DNA from: Camelus ferus
Taxonomy: Eukaryota
DNA length: 64,000 nt
Assembly (NCBI RefSeq): GCF_009834535.1
Contig: NC_045705.1
Coordinates: 33,356,001 to 33,420,000 of the forward strand
Direction: 5' to 3'
Made by a program: the position numbers and the translations under genes
The notes under the pieces: model-generated
Databases searched by the model: none
Told to the model about the DNA's origin: nothing
Seen by the model: only the letters and a program-made list of their open reading frames with translations
Shown here: piece after piece, positions 41,401 through 53,400 of the stretch
Layout of the letters: every line of letters begins with the position of its first letter
Position numbering within the stretch: position 1 is the first letter of the stretch

Positions 41401-44036
41401 TCTTTCTGCTGATTCTTAAAGGCCTGAGCTTTGTCCCATGTAGTGTTGGCTTGGGGCAGGGAGGAGGGTTGTTTTCCCCGAACATGATAAGGAACTGAGC
41501 AGGGCAGAGTNNNNNNNNNNNNNNNNNNNNNNNNNNNNNNNNNNNNNNNNNNNNNNNNNNNNNNNNNNNNNNNNNNNNNNNNNNNNNNNNNNNNNNNNNN
41601 NNNNNNNNNNNNNNNNNNNNNNNNNNNNNNNNNNNNNNNNNNNNNNNNNNNNNNNNNNNNNNNNNNNNNNNNNNNNNNNNNNNNNNNNNNNNNNNNNNNN
41701 NNNNNNNNNNNNNNGCAGCCCTGCTTTAGGGCTCTACTGAGAAGAGAGCAACCTTTGTGTGTCTAATGGGTCTCAGAGCATCTAGCTACTCGGAGGGATT
41801 AGGGAGTGTGAATTCTGGTCTTTTGCGTCTTAGCACTTGAGTTATATAAATGGCCTCGATCTTCTAGCATTGGGGATCTCACTGACTTTTATGTGTGCTA
41901 CTATTATTTATAGATCTCTAGGATTTAATTAAGAAAGGAATGTTGAAAGGAGATAGATGATTATTTATGTAATATTTATTCACTGTATATATTGCAGATA
42001 CCCTGCTGGGTCTGAAAGGGACAGAGAAACAGGCAATGCTGAGGCCCTACATTTTAGATCTCATCCTTCCAATTGACACTTAACTACGAACAGAGCTGGA
42101 GAAACCTACCCATTTTTAATTTCAGTATTGAGAGGTACTGGTAATTCTGTTTGCACTTAACTAGGAATTGGTAGTTTCCTAGGATTTTTTCCCTCTCTGT
42201 CTAGACTGAAATAGTACCTGTAGCACTTTGTTTTCCTCTTCCTCTGTTTTCCCTCTTGTTTTGTGTTTTCCTTGCCCTCCATTCCAGCTGTGAAACAGGC
42301 ATCTCTTCTCACTTTGTGGATTGGGTGGCTGAGTCCTCAACTTTTTGCCAAGCTGGCTAGTCCCTGAGCACACACACAGACCGGCCATTGATTGCCCAGG
42401 AGGACAGCTGCCCTAGAGGCAGATTGCTAACATACCGCTAGAACAATCCCTCCCCTCTATTCTGGTGCTGGCCTGCACTGTCTTCCCTGCTTCAAGTTCC
42501 TTCTCTTTCCCACCCCACCTCTGATCTCTGCTTTTGGTTTAGTGAGATGTCACATTGAAAATGAAAGTAGGGATATTTGTGATTAGATTTTCTTTCTTGA
42601 GGTGTTATTAGAGACTGTAGCAAGTAGCCAGATTTCTAGAGCGGGCCTTTCAGTGGAAAAGTAGGTGATTTTGTACAAAGTAGTACCACTTTTTTCCTTG
42701 CACCTTCCGTCCTGAGTTCTTGTTCTTTTTAAAATGGGAAATCTAAGGTAGATTGCAAGTTATTTTTCCCTTTCCCCAAAACTGAGTGAGTGAGGTCTTG
42801 TCTTTAAAATGAAGGTGAGACCCAACAGTCTGCATGTTTCCACCTCATCCTTTCTCACCTCCTTTCCCTCCTCGCCTCAAAGTTTACTTTTGGTCATCTT
42901 CTCTGTTGGAGTTAGATTGACTTTTAACCACAAGAAGCATAGAAAGTTCATACTTACTTAACTGTGTCAAGGAGAAGGAACAGGGACTTGGAGTAGAACA
43001 GATGTGCTTCCATCACTTACTAGTTATATGATGACCTTGGGCAGGATACTGAATACTTCTGAACAGTTTACTCAATAAAAGGGGCCAACCTTACCTCAGA
43101 AGTTATTGGGAAGATTATGTGTGATAATTTATAGGAGGAGATAAGTAATTAATAACTCACAACTTTTCTTCCCCTGTAAAGTCAGATTTTCTTCTTTCTT
43201 TTAGATAGGGAGAAACGTTTCCTTCAGCTATCTGCTCTGTAGCTGAAATAGGACCTTCATGCTTCTTTTGATTTCTTTATACTCATACCTTTGCTCTCTC
43301 TGTTGCTTGTCTTGAAAGGGAGGTGTACTCTAAACCTAATGTCTTGCTGCTCTTGTCAGGGCTCTGAGGAAGCCGGACTGTAAATATGACTCAATTACGT
43401 ACTTTCAGCTTTTCCAAGTCATCTTCAAATGATGGGCAAAGAGATGGTGGGAATGCCAGAGGCAGGTTAGGGGGTTTGTTGAGAAGCTGCCACTTTAAAC
43501 AAGGAATGTGAGCTCAAACAGTGGGTGACCTCTAGTAAACCTTAAGGTTAAGCTTTTTTTCCATGAATTTTGTTTTTTTTCCAAGCTTGGGTTAAGGAAG
43601 GGTGTAAAGTGTGTCTTTTATGACAAAAGAGTTAAACAGTACCTTTCCATTTTGATTAGAGTTTTTCTCATTTCCCTTTATATACCTGACCTCCCTCTCT
43701 TTTTCCCTCCTTTTGTAGGAAGGAGAAAGGCATCTGGCCTCTCCCTTTCCTCCAGTCTGACACCTCCCTCTGTTTTTTGCCCCTCCCTCATATCTTTGTT
43801 TCCTTATCGGCCTCACCCTAAAGCTCTCCTATCTCCTTATAAGGCTGGGTGAGGTGCCTTTGGCAGGGTTGCAACAGGGATTCAGGTAAGTAACATGGTG
43901 TGTCTCAGACTCTCAGGATTGAGAGAAAATTCCGTGTTAATCTGTCCAGTGGAGGTCCTTGGAGAGGCACGTGGTTAGTGGGGGAGGAGAAGGAGGCGGC
44001 CTGGCCTGAGAGATCAGAAGGACTTGTTAGACCAGT

Positions 44037-44038
<2 letters not shown>

Positions 44039-44066
<28 letters not shown>
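44039..44066 (+). repeat. (TG)14 microsatellite
   Basis: Seen directly. Confidence 0.95.
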
Positions 44067-44067
<1 letters not shown>

Positions 44068-44346
44068 CATACGCGCTCCAGAGAGAAGCAGGTTTTGTTT
44101 CTTTCCATACCCTTTCAGTCCTGGGCCCCTCACTACCTGAAAGCCACACCCTTCCTTTGCTTCAAAGCCAGTCCAGCATTTAGCCATTTTAGTATACTAT
44201 GGATTGAGGGGTTCTCATAATATTTGGGAGGGGAAAAGAAAGCAAGAAAAATGTTCCTTCTAGTTTCTGAATTCAGGGTAAAGATGGTGGAGGTTTTTTT
44301 TCTTTCTTTCTTTCTTTTAAAGTCACAGTAAAAACTTTAAATCCTG

Positions 44347-44456
44347 GGGAATGGGGGTATAGCTCAGTGGTAGGGCTCTTGCTTAGCACGCATGAGGTCC
44401 TGAGATCAATCCCCAATACTTCCATTAATCAAATAAATAAATAAATAAAACCCCCC
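44347..44456 (+). mobile_element. tRNA-derived SINE (Vic-1-like)
   Basis: A box TAGCTCAGTGG, degenerate B box, (AAAT)n tail; 16-bp TSD with one mismatch (44331-46 and 44457-72). Confidence 0.88.
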
Positions 44457-47400
44457 AAAACTTTAACTCCTGACAGGTAACTAGGACATTTAAGGTGTCC
44501 TGTTGAGATTGCCAGCTCAACCTCCTTTTAACAAGGAGTATTAAAAAACAAAAAATCTTATATGTATTTGTTTTCCTTTTATTTCTGAAACTCCAGTCAG
44601 GTAGAATGTATCACTTTTTCCTAAGAGGAGAGTGATTTGCCAGAGACTCCCTAAATTCATCAGAGAGATTCATGGTGGACACAAATCCAGTCTTTCCTTG
44701 TCAAAGTGAAACTCTTCAGTCAGCCTTTTGGGTTCTCTGAAGTGGAGAAGCTGGGTGTAGATTAAAGCAGATCCACAGAGAGGCCCAGAAACTGCTAAAC
44801 ACCTAAGACAAGGCCATTTCCAGAATATCAGTTTTGTAATTCCTGAGAAGTGCTCAGTTGACATGAGATTGTAAAGTGAACAGAGTCCTTGTCCTCTTTC
44901 TCTCTTTTTACAAATCATATCCAAAGGTTTGGGGTTAGTATGGGATGAGCCTTTCCAGTGAGGCAGATATACTAGAATTGTTCTGACTGAGCTTTGAATT
45001 GGTCTAAGCTTTGGATGGGGGAACATCAAAGTAGTGGGTGGGGTACTTAGACTTTGGACTTAAGTACAAGCACTCTGTGATAAGAAGCCATAGAAAAACT
45101 ATTGGCAAAATATATTCCCTTTGATTTAAAAATAAAATGGCAATTGTGTGGTTGAACAGGACTGATTGCTTTGAATTTGGGGGTAAATGCCAGTTAAGGC
45201 AAATAAATGCCTTTTAGGTGTCTGGAAGAGCTACCTTTCTTGGTTTGAATGTTATGTAATACAGTTCTGTAGTGTTGTAGGTGCTATATTTTATTGATTA
45301 GTATTCTTCAGTAGAAGGCTCAGCGTGCTTTTTAAAAAAGCTGTTTGAAATCCCTAGGATGATATAGAAGAGGGGTTTTGCTCATCATTGTTTTTAGAGA
45401 TAGGGCATAACTTTATGACATTGGATTTGATTTCATATGAATAAATAGAAAGAAAGGAGGAGAGCTGCCTTTGGGGCTGGCTACAGAAGATAAAATTTCT
45501 TTCTTAAGAATCCAAAGACCATTTTTTGGGCTTAGAGTTCTCTACCTCAAGACAAATAATTTTTTCTCTTTCTGCAGAGGCTTACATGCCTAATTCTGGT
45601 CATCTCTTTGAGTATACTTTATGTGAATTGCATGGAGGTAGGAGAGAGGTTCAGAGTCACCCAGCCTATAGTTTTACATATATTAGCCCATTAAAGCTAA
45701 ACTTTGAAAAGTAATAAAAAGTAAAGCTTACAGAGGTTATAACTTCTCCAAGATCTCACTGCTATTTTTTTGGCGGAGCCAGGACTTGAACTCCAAGTCT
45801 GGAGTTTTGTTTGGTTTTTCCCTTTAAGAAAGTATAGGATTCCTGTAGTTTACAGGACTACTGTGAGTGGGAGAGGGGAGCATGTGGAGACATGTGGTAT
45901 ATTCAACAGCCCTACCAACACCAAAAACTCTAGTCCCTTGTGTTAACAGCTATTTGTAGTAGTATTTGTATTAGTAACAATATTAATAGCTTTCTGTGTG
46001 TCAAGACATTCTCTAAGTGCTTTATGTGGATTGTCTCATTTAGTCTCGATAACCACCCTGTGTTTTATTTCCACCATTTTACAGAAAAGAAACCTGAGGT
46101 TTCTAGGGATCAAGTGGTATTTTGTCCAAAGTCTTATAGCTAAGAAGCAATGGACCTGCGATGTGAATGCAGTCTTTCCGAAGCCTGTATTCTTAACCTC
46201 TAAGAATCATAATTCCAAGTTATATTTCTACAGCCAGTTTACAGTAGGATGAATCATTCTGGGGACTGTGCTATTGGGAAGTGTTTTTTTGGTCCTGTTA
46301 CCTGGTTGGCATTGTGCAACTGTTTGGTTTTTCTGGGTATTTGATTTCATTTAAGTTCTTTTGGTTTGGAATTCTTGCAAAATAGACTGAGTATTTGCTG
46401 TTTTCATTGCTTGAATGTGGGAGCCTTACTGCAGACTCATAGGTCTTGCTTGCTAAGAGTAAAATCAGTTTTTCTCAGAATGTCTGGTCTCAGGGGAATA
46501 GCAAGATTCACTTGTTCACTTTGCCTCCCCACCTCCCCTTCAGAATTCCTTAATGATCTTTTTATAGTGAGAGCATGTGTAATCCATTGAAAATATTGCG
46601 GCGACCTGTAAAGATGTTGGCCTGGAGTCTTAAGGCTTTCCTGACTCTTAACTACTAAAATCAGTTAATAGTTTGCATATTTTGGTCTATAGCATAATTT
46701 TTCAATGATGTGTATGTATGGCATGGAGAAGGCTCTCAAGTCTCTGAGTTGTGAGGTGGTGTACTATCGTTTGCCTAACCGCTTCATTCATATGTGCCTA
46801 ACTGCCACATATGCTTTCTTTTTCCTCCCATTTATTTCTTCCACTTGTATCATATATATAGACATAATGGATAACCTTTTAACCTAAAGATAAACAGAAA
46901 CCCTTTCCCATTTTCCTGTGATGTTTGGGAAGAAAGCTCTTAAGAGTTGTAGGAGAGGGGGGCTGGACCATCCATCTTAAAATGTACTTGTTTTTTTGGA
47001 CTTAACAGCATGCAGTAGAAAGAGAATACAGACTCTGGAAAGGCAAAGATCTAGGTTTAAGTTCAGAATTTGCTATTAACTGAAGACCTTGGGTAATTTC
47101 TTCACCTACAGACTGTTTTCTCATTTGCAGTAAAACTTCCTTAGAGTTGTTGTAAAGATTGCCAGGATAATAAATGTAAAACATTCAGTAATTGTTAATT
47201 CTTTTCACCTTCTCTTTCTCCTTGGTAATAAACTGCTAAGGCCTCAAATAGTGAATTGAGAGTTCATTATAGCAGATGTGTAATTCTGTGATGACTGCCA
47301 GGCATTAGAAAAGCACCCTGTGTCCCTGAAACACTAGTCTAAGTGGGACCTCCTAGTAAATAGTATTGGAGTAGGGAAACCAGCTCATCCACTTCTTAGA

Positions 47401-49078
47401 ACTCAGTTGTGCTCTTGATCCGGTTAATTTCATCTGCTAGTTCACAAAATAGTTTTGGGCTGAGGCATTATCATTAAGTAATATAATTGGAAGATAGAAA
47501 CTAACTCCTGAAACAACTTAATACCTCACATTTGTATAACATACCTTATCTTACCTGATCCTCACAGCAACTCTGAGTTAGACTGGGCTGGTGGTATTGG
47601 CATCTTACAGATGAGAACGTGATGGTGACTTACTGTCACTGGCTAGTGGCAGAGCCAGGACTAGAACTGGCCTTCTGAGTCCTAGTCTATCCTACACAGC
47701 TCTGCTTCTGTCCTCTTTGAGGCAGAAAATCTCCCCGCATGCTTTTAGGCCTAGGAATCTGATCTTCTCTTCTTAACTGTTCTGCTTTCTCCAAATTAGA
47801 GTCAGGTGGTTAGCTTTTAAAGCCATGAAGATGGGGGAAACTAAGGACTTTCCAGATATTGCTTCCTGACATAGAGTCCTGGGTAGAGTCCCTATTACCC
47901 CTCCTAACTCGTTGTATTGTATTAAAGTTGTGGGGGCAAAAAGTGGCTATTTATGGCAGGGTGAGAATTTCTCTGTGCAGCAGGGAGTGTTGTCAGTGTA
48001 TGCCCCATAGTAGTGGTAGTTTGGGCTTTTATGAGCAAAGAAGATTATAGGGTGGAGACTGCCGGAGTGGTAACTGCAGTTCAGCTTTGTTGAAACGCAG
48101 AACTGGAAGAATCTCTTGAGCAGAGTCCTCTTGGTATAGGAGGTTCTTAGGTCATTGTACATAGTGGATAAGGGCAAGTGCTAAAATGAAGCAAAGGAGA
48201 TGAAAAGGGAGCAACATTAAAAAAAAATAAGGCTACTTACTAAGACCTTTGAGTGGCCTGTGGAATGTAGAGTAGGAATATGAGAAAGCAACAGTGGGCT
48301 TTGGACTTAAAGGAAGAACAGGAGTTGAAAAATGATTGTGGGAGCCCAGCTCTGGATAGGAGTAATTTAGAGAAAGGCTACCACAGTCATGGATTTAGGG
48401 ACTGGATCCACTGGAAGGAGTCTCAGTGATGCAGAATTAATCAAGCAGTTTATTGGTCACCTGTTAATCAGTTCCTCTGGGTACTCTTGAATGCTGTGTA
48501 CACTCTAAAGCAAACAGGCCCAAGCATTTGTGCTTGGTGGGACTCTGGGGAGCGTGGGAAAGAGAACTGAAGCAAAAGACTCAGCCTAGGCTAGTCCCCA
48601 CATGTCTTCCCCACTGCGACTATTGCATTGGTTTCTCAATGTCTTTGTGGGCATGCTGGTACTGGGCTTTGAGGTTTCTGCCTTAGGGGTGGGAAGGAGG
48701 GGGAAGGGCATTCCAAAAGTGATTCCCCCCCACCCCCCACCCACTTTGCTTGCTGAGAACAAGGGGTAAATGACTTTTTATCCATATTATAACCTGCTCC
48801 TGGTTCTCTACAGAAGTATAAGTAGAGGATCTCTGATATGATAGTAGAATCCAGGTTTTAGTGAAAACTACATCCAAGGTCCAGGTATTTGAAAACAGCA
48901 AAGTCCAAAGGGCATTTGTCACATTAAGCAATTCTAAGTCATATTTTAAATTGCTCCCTTCCATTCCCAGATTGTTTTTTTTCCCCAATACCTGCCCTTA
49001 GTCCTCTTATTTTTTTTAATGTATTAGGTGTATTTTATTTTCCTCTCATTCCTATTTTTCCTCTAAATATTTCTACAG

Positions 49079-49194
49079 CTCTCTCCTTCCTGCTTCCTCC
49101 TTGCTGTGGTGGCTGGGATGCTTCTCCCATGATTTTTTGAATCTAGACTGGGCTGTTCTCTGTGTTAAACCAATCAATTACGACCTCTTAACAG
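49079..49194 (+). other. CTNND1: CTNND1 non-coding exon 2 (116 nt)
   Basis: Acceptor TTCTACAG|CTCTCTCCTTCC; donor CAG|GTGTGT; resembles the CTNND1 5'UTR as recalled. Confidence 0.85.
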
Positions 49195-50415
49195 GTGTGT
49201 ATGTAAATATGTTTATTAAGAATAAAATTTTTTAAGTGCCTTTTTTTTTTTCTGAGGGGTTGATAAGAGGGTGGGGAGTAAGAGGGGATTTATTCTAAAA
49301 CCTGCTTTTCAATACGGTGTATCTTGAACTGCCCACAAAGTCTCTCATAGCCAACTTGTAAGAGAAAAACTTCAAGTCTAATGGTTACTAGCCAACTTGC
49401 AGTTTATATAATAGGGCATGGGGAACTCTTCATTTCTGTATAACTATCATTTATTGTGTAAACATATAAACCCTCCATAAATACTTGGATATTTACCCTG
49501 AGTTGGAATAAGTAAAGATGTAAAAATACAGTCTGTATAGAGCTTTCTGCAGGATAACAGAGATGTTGGAAGTTCCAGCCATTGACTGTCTGGAGGTTAG
49601 AATATGAACTACTTTAAGGGATAACTTCATAGTTTGAGCCTAATGCTCCTTTTCCGACTCTGCAAAGGGGTGTGAAGATCAATGATAATGGTGCCTTTTT
49701 AAACACAGACTTTTTTGCTTTCTTGTCTCCATTAGCCAAGGCACACGTTTTGCCCTCAATAGTAGAATAGTTTTGAAAAGTAGAAAGGGTTTTTTATAAA
49801 CGTATCAAATATGAGGGTCTTAGTTTTGTTTTCTGCCTTTGATGGTGGAAAGTTTTTTTTTTTTTTTTTTTTTTTTTTACTACTTCCATTGCTTACTGGC
49901 ATTTTAATTTAGCATATTCATTTAGTATATTTTGCCACCACTGCAGCATTTTCAGTGTTCAGATTTAGGAGAGGTTGAGTAAGATTTGTACTGCCCCCTA
50001 TCTCTAGAGGTGGCTTGTCGCTACAGGACAGTGAGTGCTTATCTATACTGTGGAGTTACAGTTTTCACTGAGTTGATGCTAGCAAATATTTCCAGGGAAA
50101 AATAATCTAATTTTAATCTAATGTCATGACTACAGGCTTTAGCCACATTCTCCCTCTCCTACCAACAGTGTAGAGACTTGAATCTAGTTGTACCTTTCTT
50201 TTCAATAGTTATTTATGGTTGGGTATTAAAGGGGGTGGTGGGCAAAGGATCGTGCTTGAGCAGACACTGGTGATGGGCTCCCAGGCTTGGTGGTGGCTCT
50301 CTTTCTGCACTGCAGTAAAACCACAAGAGGGTATCTTTGGCTCTGGGGTTAATAATTCATCTGTCTTCTCTGACCTGTGACCTTTTCTCTCCTCTCTCTT
50401 ACCTTTTCCCGGTAG

Positions 50416-53400
50416 TGTGAAGTGAGGGGGGCCTTTTCCCTCCTTCCTCNNNNNNNNNNNNNNNNNNNNNNNNNNNNNNNNNNNNNNNNNNNNNNNNNNN
50501 NNNNNNNNNNNNNNNNNNNNNNNNNNNNNNNNNNNNNNNNNNNNNNNNNNNNNNNNNNNNNNNNNNNNNNNNNNNNNNNNNNNNNNNNNNNNNNNNNNNN
50601 NNNNNNNNNNNNNNNNNNNNNNNNNNNNNNNNNNNNNNNNNNNNNNNNNNNNNNNNNNNNNNNNNNNNNNNNNNNNNNNNNNNNNNNNNNNNNNNNNNNN
50701 NNNNNNNNNNNNNNNNNNNNNNNNNNNNNNNNNNNNNNNNNTTGGCATGGTCGTAGAGAGGCAGTCATCCTTGGGAAACTACTGTCCTTGTGGTGATGGA
50801 CTGTCTAGTACCCATGCTTCATGATAGCCTTTGCAGGGGTGATAAATACTGATTAAGAGATAGGGAATGTTGGCTGCTGTGCGGAGTTGGGAGGACTTAT
50901 CTCTGGAATCCATTTGACTTCCTGTTTGCTGGAGTGGGGTTTCTGGGTTGGGATGCAGTTCTAGTAATGGTAGATCATATAATTTGGAGCTGTACTTAAG
51001 TTACTTCTGTTTTTTTCTGTCTTCCCTTACCCACTTTGGTATCAAAAATTCAGGAAATTAAATGCCTACTGCTTAGTGATTGGGGATGTTGGGCATCTTG
51101 TATTCTCAATCTCCCTCAGGGAACAGTCTGCTCAGAAGATGTGGCAGTGTCCATAAATTGTATATTCCTGCTCCATACTCTTTTTGTTGGCTGTGTATAT
51201 TATGTCTTGGAGGAAGGGGTCNNNNNNNNNNNNNNNNNNNNNNNNNNNNNNNNNNNNNNNNNNNNNNNNNNNNNNNNNNNNNNNNNNNNNNNNNNNNNNN
51301 NNNNNNNNNNNNNNNNNNNNNNNNNNNNNNNNNNNNNNNNNNNNNNNNNNNNNNNNNNNNNNNNNNNNNNNNNNNNNNNNNNNNNNNNNNNNNNNNNNNN
51401 NNNNNNNNNNNNNNNNNNNNNNNNNNNNNNNNNNNNNNNNNNNNNNNNNNNNNNNNNNNNNNNNNNNNNNNNNNNNNNNNNNNNNNNNAGATCTCTTGTG
51501 GGAACTTAGAACAGTGTTCATGCTCTAGTAGTGCTTTTCATTGATTACTTATTTATTTTTTAAGACAGAGAAGGTCCTTTATGCTGAGGAACATGTTGAG
51601 TGAGAGGACATAATTCCAATTGGGGATGATCAGGAATTTGGAAGCAGTGTGTTTGCAATGTTCCTAGAATTTTTTTAGGAACAAGAATAGAGAGTTAAGG
51701 TTGAGAGGTATGTATTGAAAAGGAGAGCAGGACTGCTCAGCCTTGGAGGTGGTGGGGAATTCCAGGATTTAGTGCACAGATTCTCTGCCTCTTTCTCTTT
51801 TATTTTTAACTTTTGCTCAGCAATGAAACCACACCCTTCCTTCTTCCTGAGAGTAATGTTTAACTTCCTTTCCCTACAGCATTACACTCCCTATGTAATG
51901 GGAGTAGGGTGGGGGAAGAGTCTCCCAAGGTGGCTGGATCTTACTGTCTTCTATTTGAAGGGTAACAGTCAAATGTATTTTTATGTAGTATTATGTCATT
52001 AGATTATTTCCTGATGTTTAAGACAGAACAACTTAAGAGTGACATTTTCAAATGTGTTCTGTGGCTCTGGTAATTGGTGATGAAGACACTGAGATGTCTG
52101 TTTGCTTAAGGGGAGCTGAGATACTTTTCTTCCTACTTGGAAAGAGACTCATATATCTTGCTTCTTTCTTTAAAAAGCTTCCTGGTATGGGAGTTTCCAG
52201 TGGTTGTAGATTGTGAAGATGCATGAAACAATAAAGAAGGCTTTTGGAAACGCCCCAACCTAGCCTTTCCGACTTTCCGTATGTTCTTATTGCTTTCCAA
52301 AAAGATTGTGTGTTGGAGAACTTACCTGAGTCTCTGCTATTTATTCAGCAAATAGGTTTTGAGTACCTATCATGTGCCAGGCACTGTTCAAGGCACTAGG
52401 GATACATCATTGAGCAAAACTAACCAAACACAAAAACCAAAAAAACCTCTGCCCCTCATAGCGTTTACGTTCTTATGTTCCAGAGACCCAGTCTGCCAGA
52501 GTTCGAGACCCAGTTCCAATTTTGAGGAAAGTGCTAAGTCTAAGGAGTGATGTGGTTCTTTTATGTGTACTGACAGAAGGACTCCAGGCCACAAATATCT
52601 TCTTGAAAGCCCTTTTCCTGTTTGGAAAAAAAGATCATTTGTGTTTCATAGAGCAAAAGAAGGCCACAAAATGAATTGTCTTCTTGTGGGCTGTGTTTCA
52701 GAACGGCCGGTTTGTGGGCGATGCTGACCTTGAGCGACAGAAATTTTCAGATCTAAAGCTCAACGGACCCCAGGTAATTGTTTTGGCCCAAGGTCTGGGT
52801 TGTTTATTCATATCTTTCTTACTTCCTCAGCCTATAAGTGAATATTGATGTCTTGCAAAGTGCCTGGCACATTGTAATCTCCCATTAATTAATTTCATTG
52901 AGGAAAATTTTTAAAGGGGAACTTCAAAGTATATATGTAGTTTTATTTTGGAATTAATTATAATGACCATTGACCCAGTATTTGATCCCTAATTTCTGCA
53001 TCCTTATTCTAGAATGGGTGTGGTTCTACTTCATAGAAAACCTTACCTATAATCTGGCTGGTCTTGAGCCTTTGACATATCTGGAGAATAGCACAGAGCT
53101 AGGCAGAAGATGGCTCTTACTGGGATTTTCTGGTTCATCTTATAATTTCTTACTAGGTGAACTTTATTTTGAAGGATCACTGAGATGTAGATGCAGCTGC
53201 AGTTAATATAGTTCATATTCACTTAGATGACTAGTAGTACTGGGAAGTTAAATCTGCTGTCTCTGTCACTTGGGTATTGATGTAGCTATAGTTAACTCAG
53301 TTCATGTTTGTTAAATGACTAGAACTAGGAAATTATATCTTCTGCCCATTTGTACAAGTCTGGAAGTGGGGGCAGCCACCACTTTAAAAATCTTGGGGCC

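Noticed and set aside
44347-44430. tRNA-like sequence with A and B boxes
   Set aside because: Degenerate B box, (AAAT)n tail and TSD show it is a SINE, not a tRNA gene; the same applies to the other two copies.
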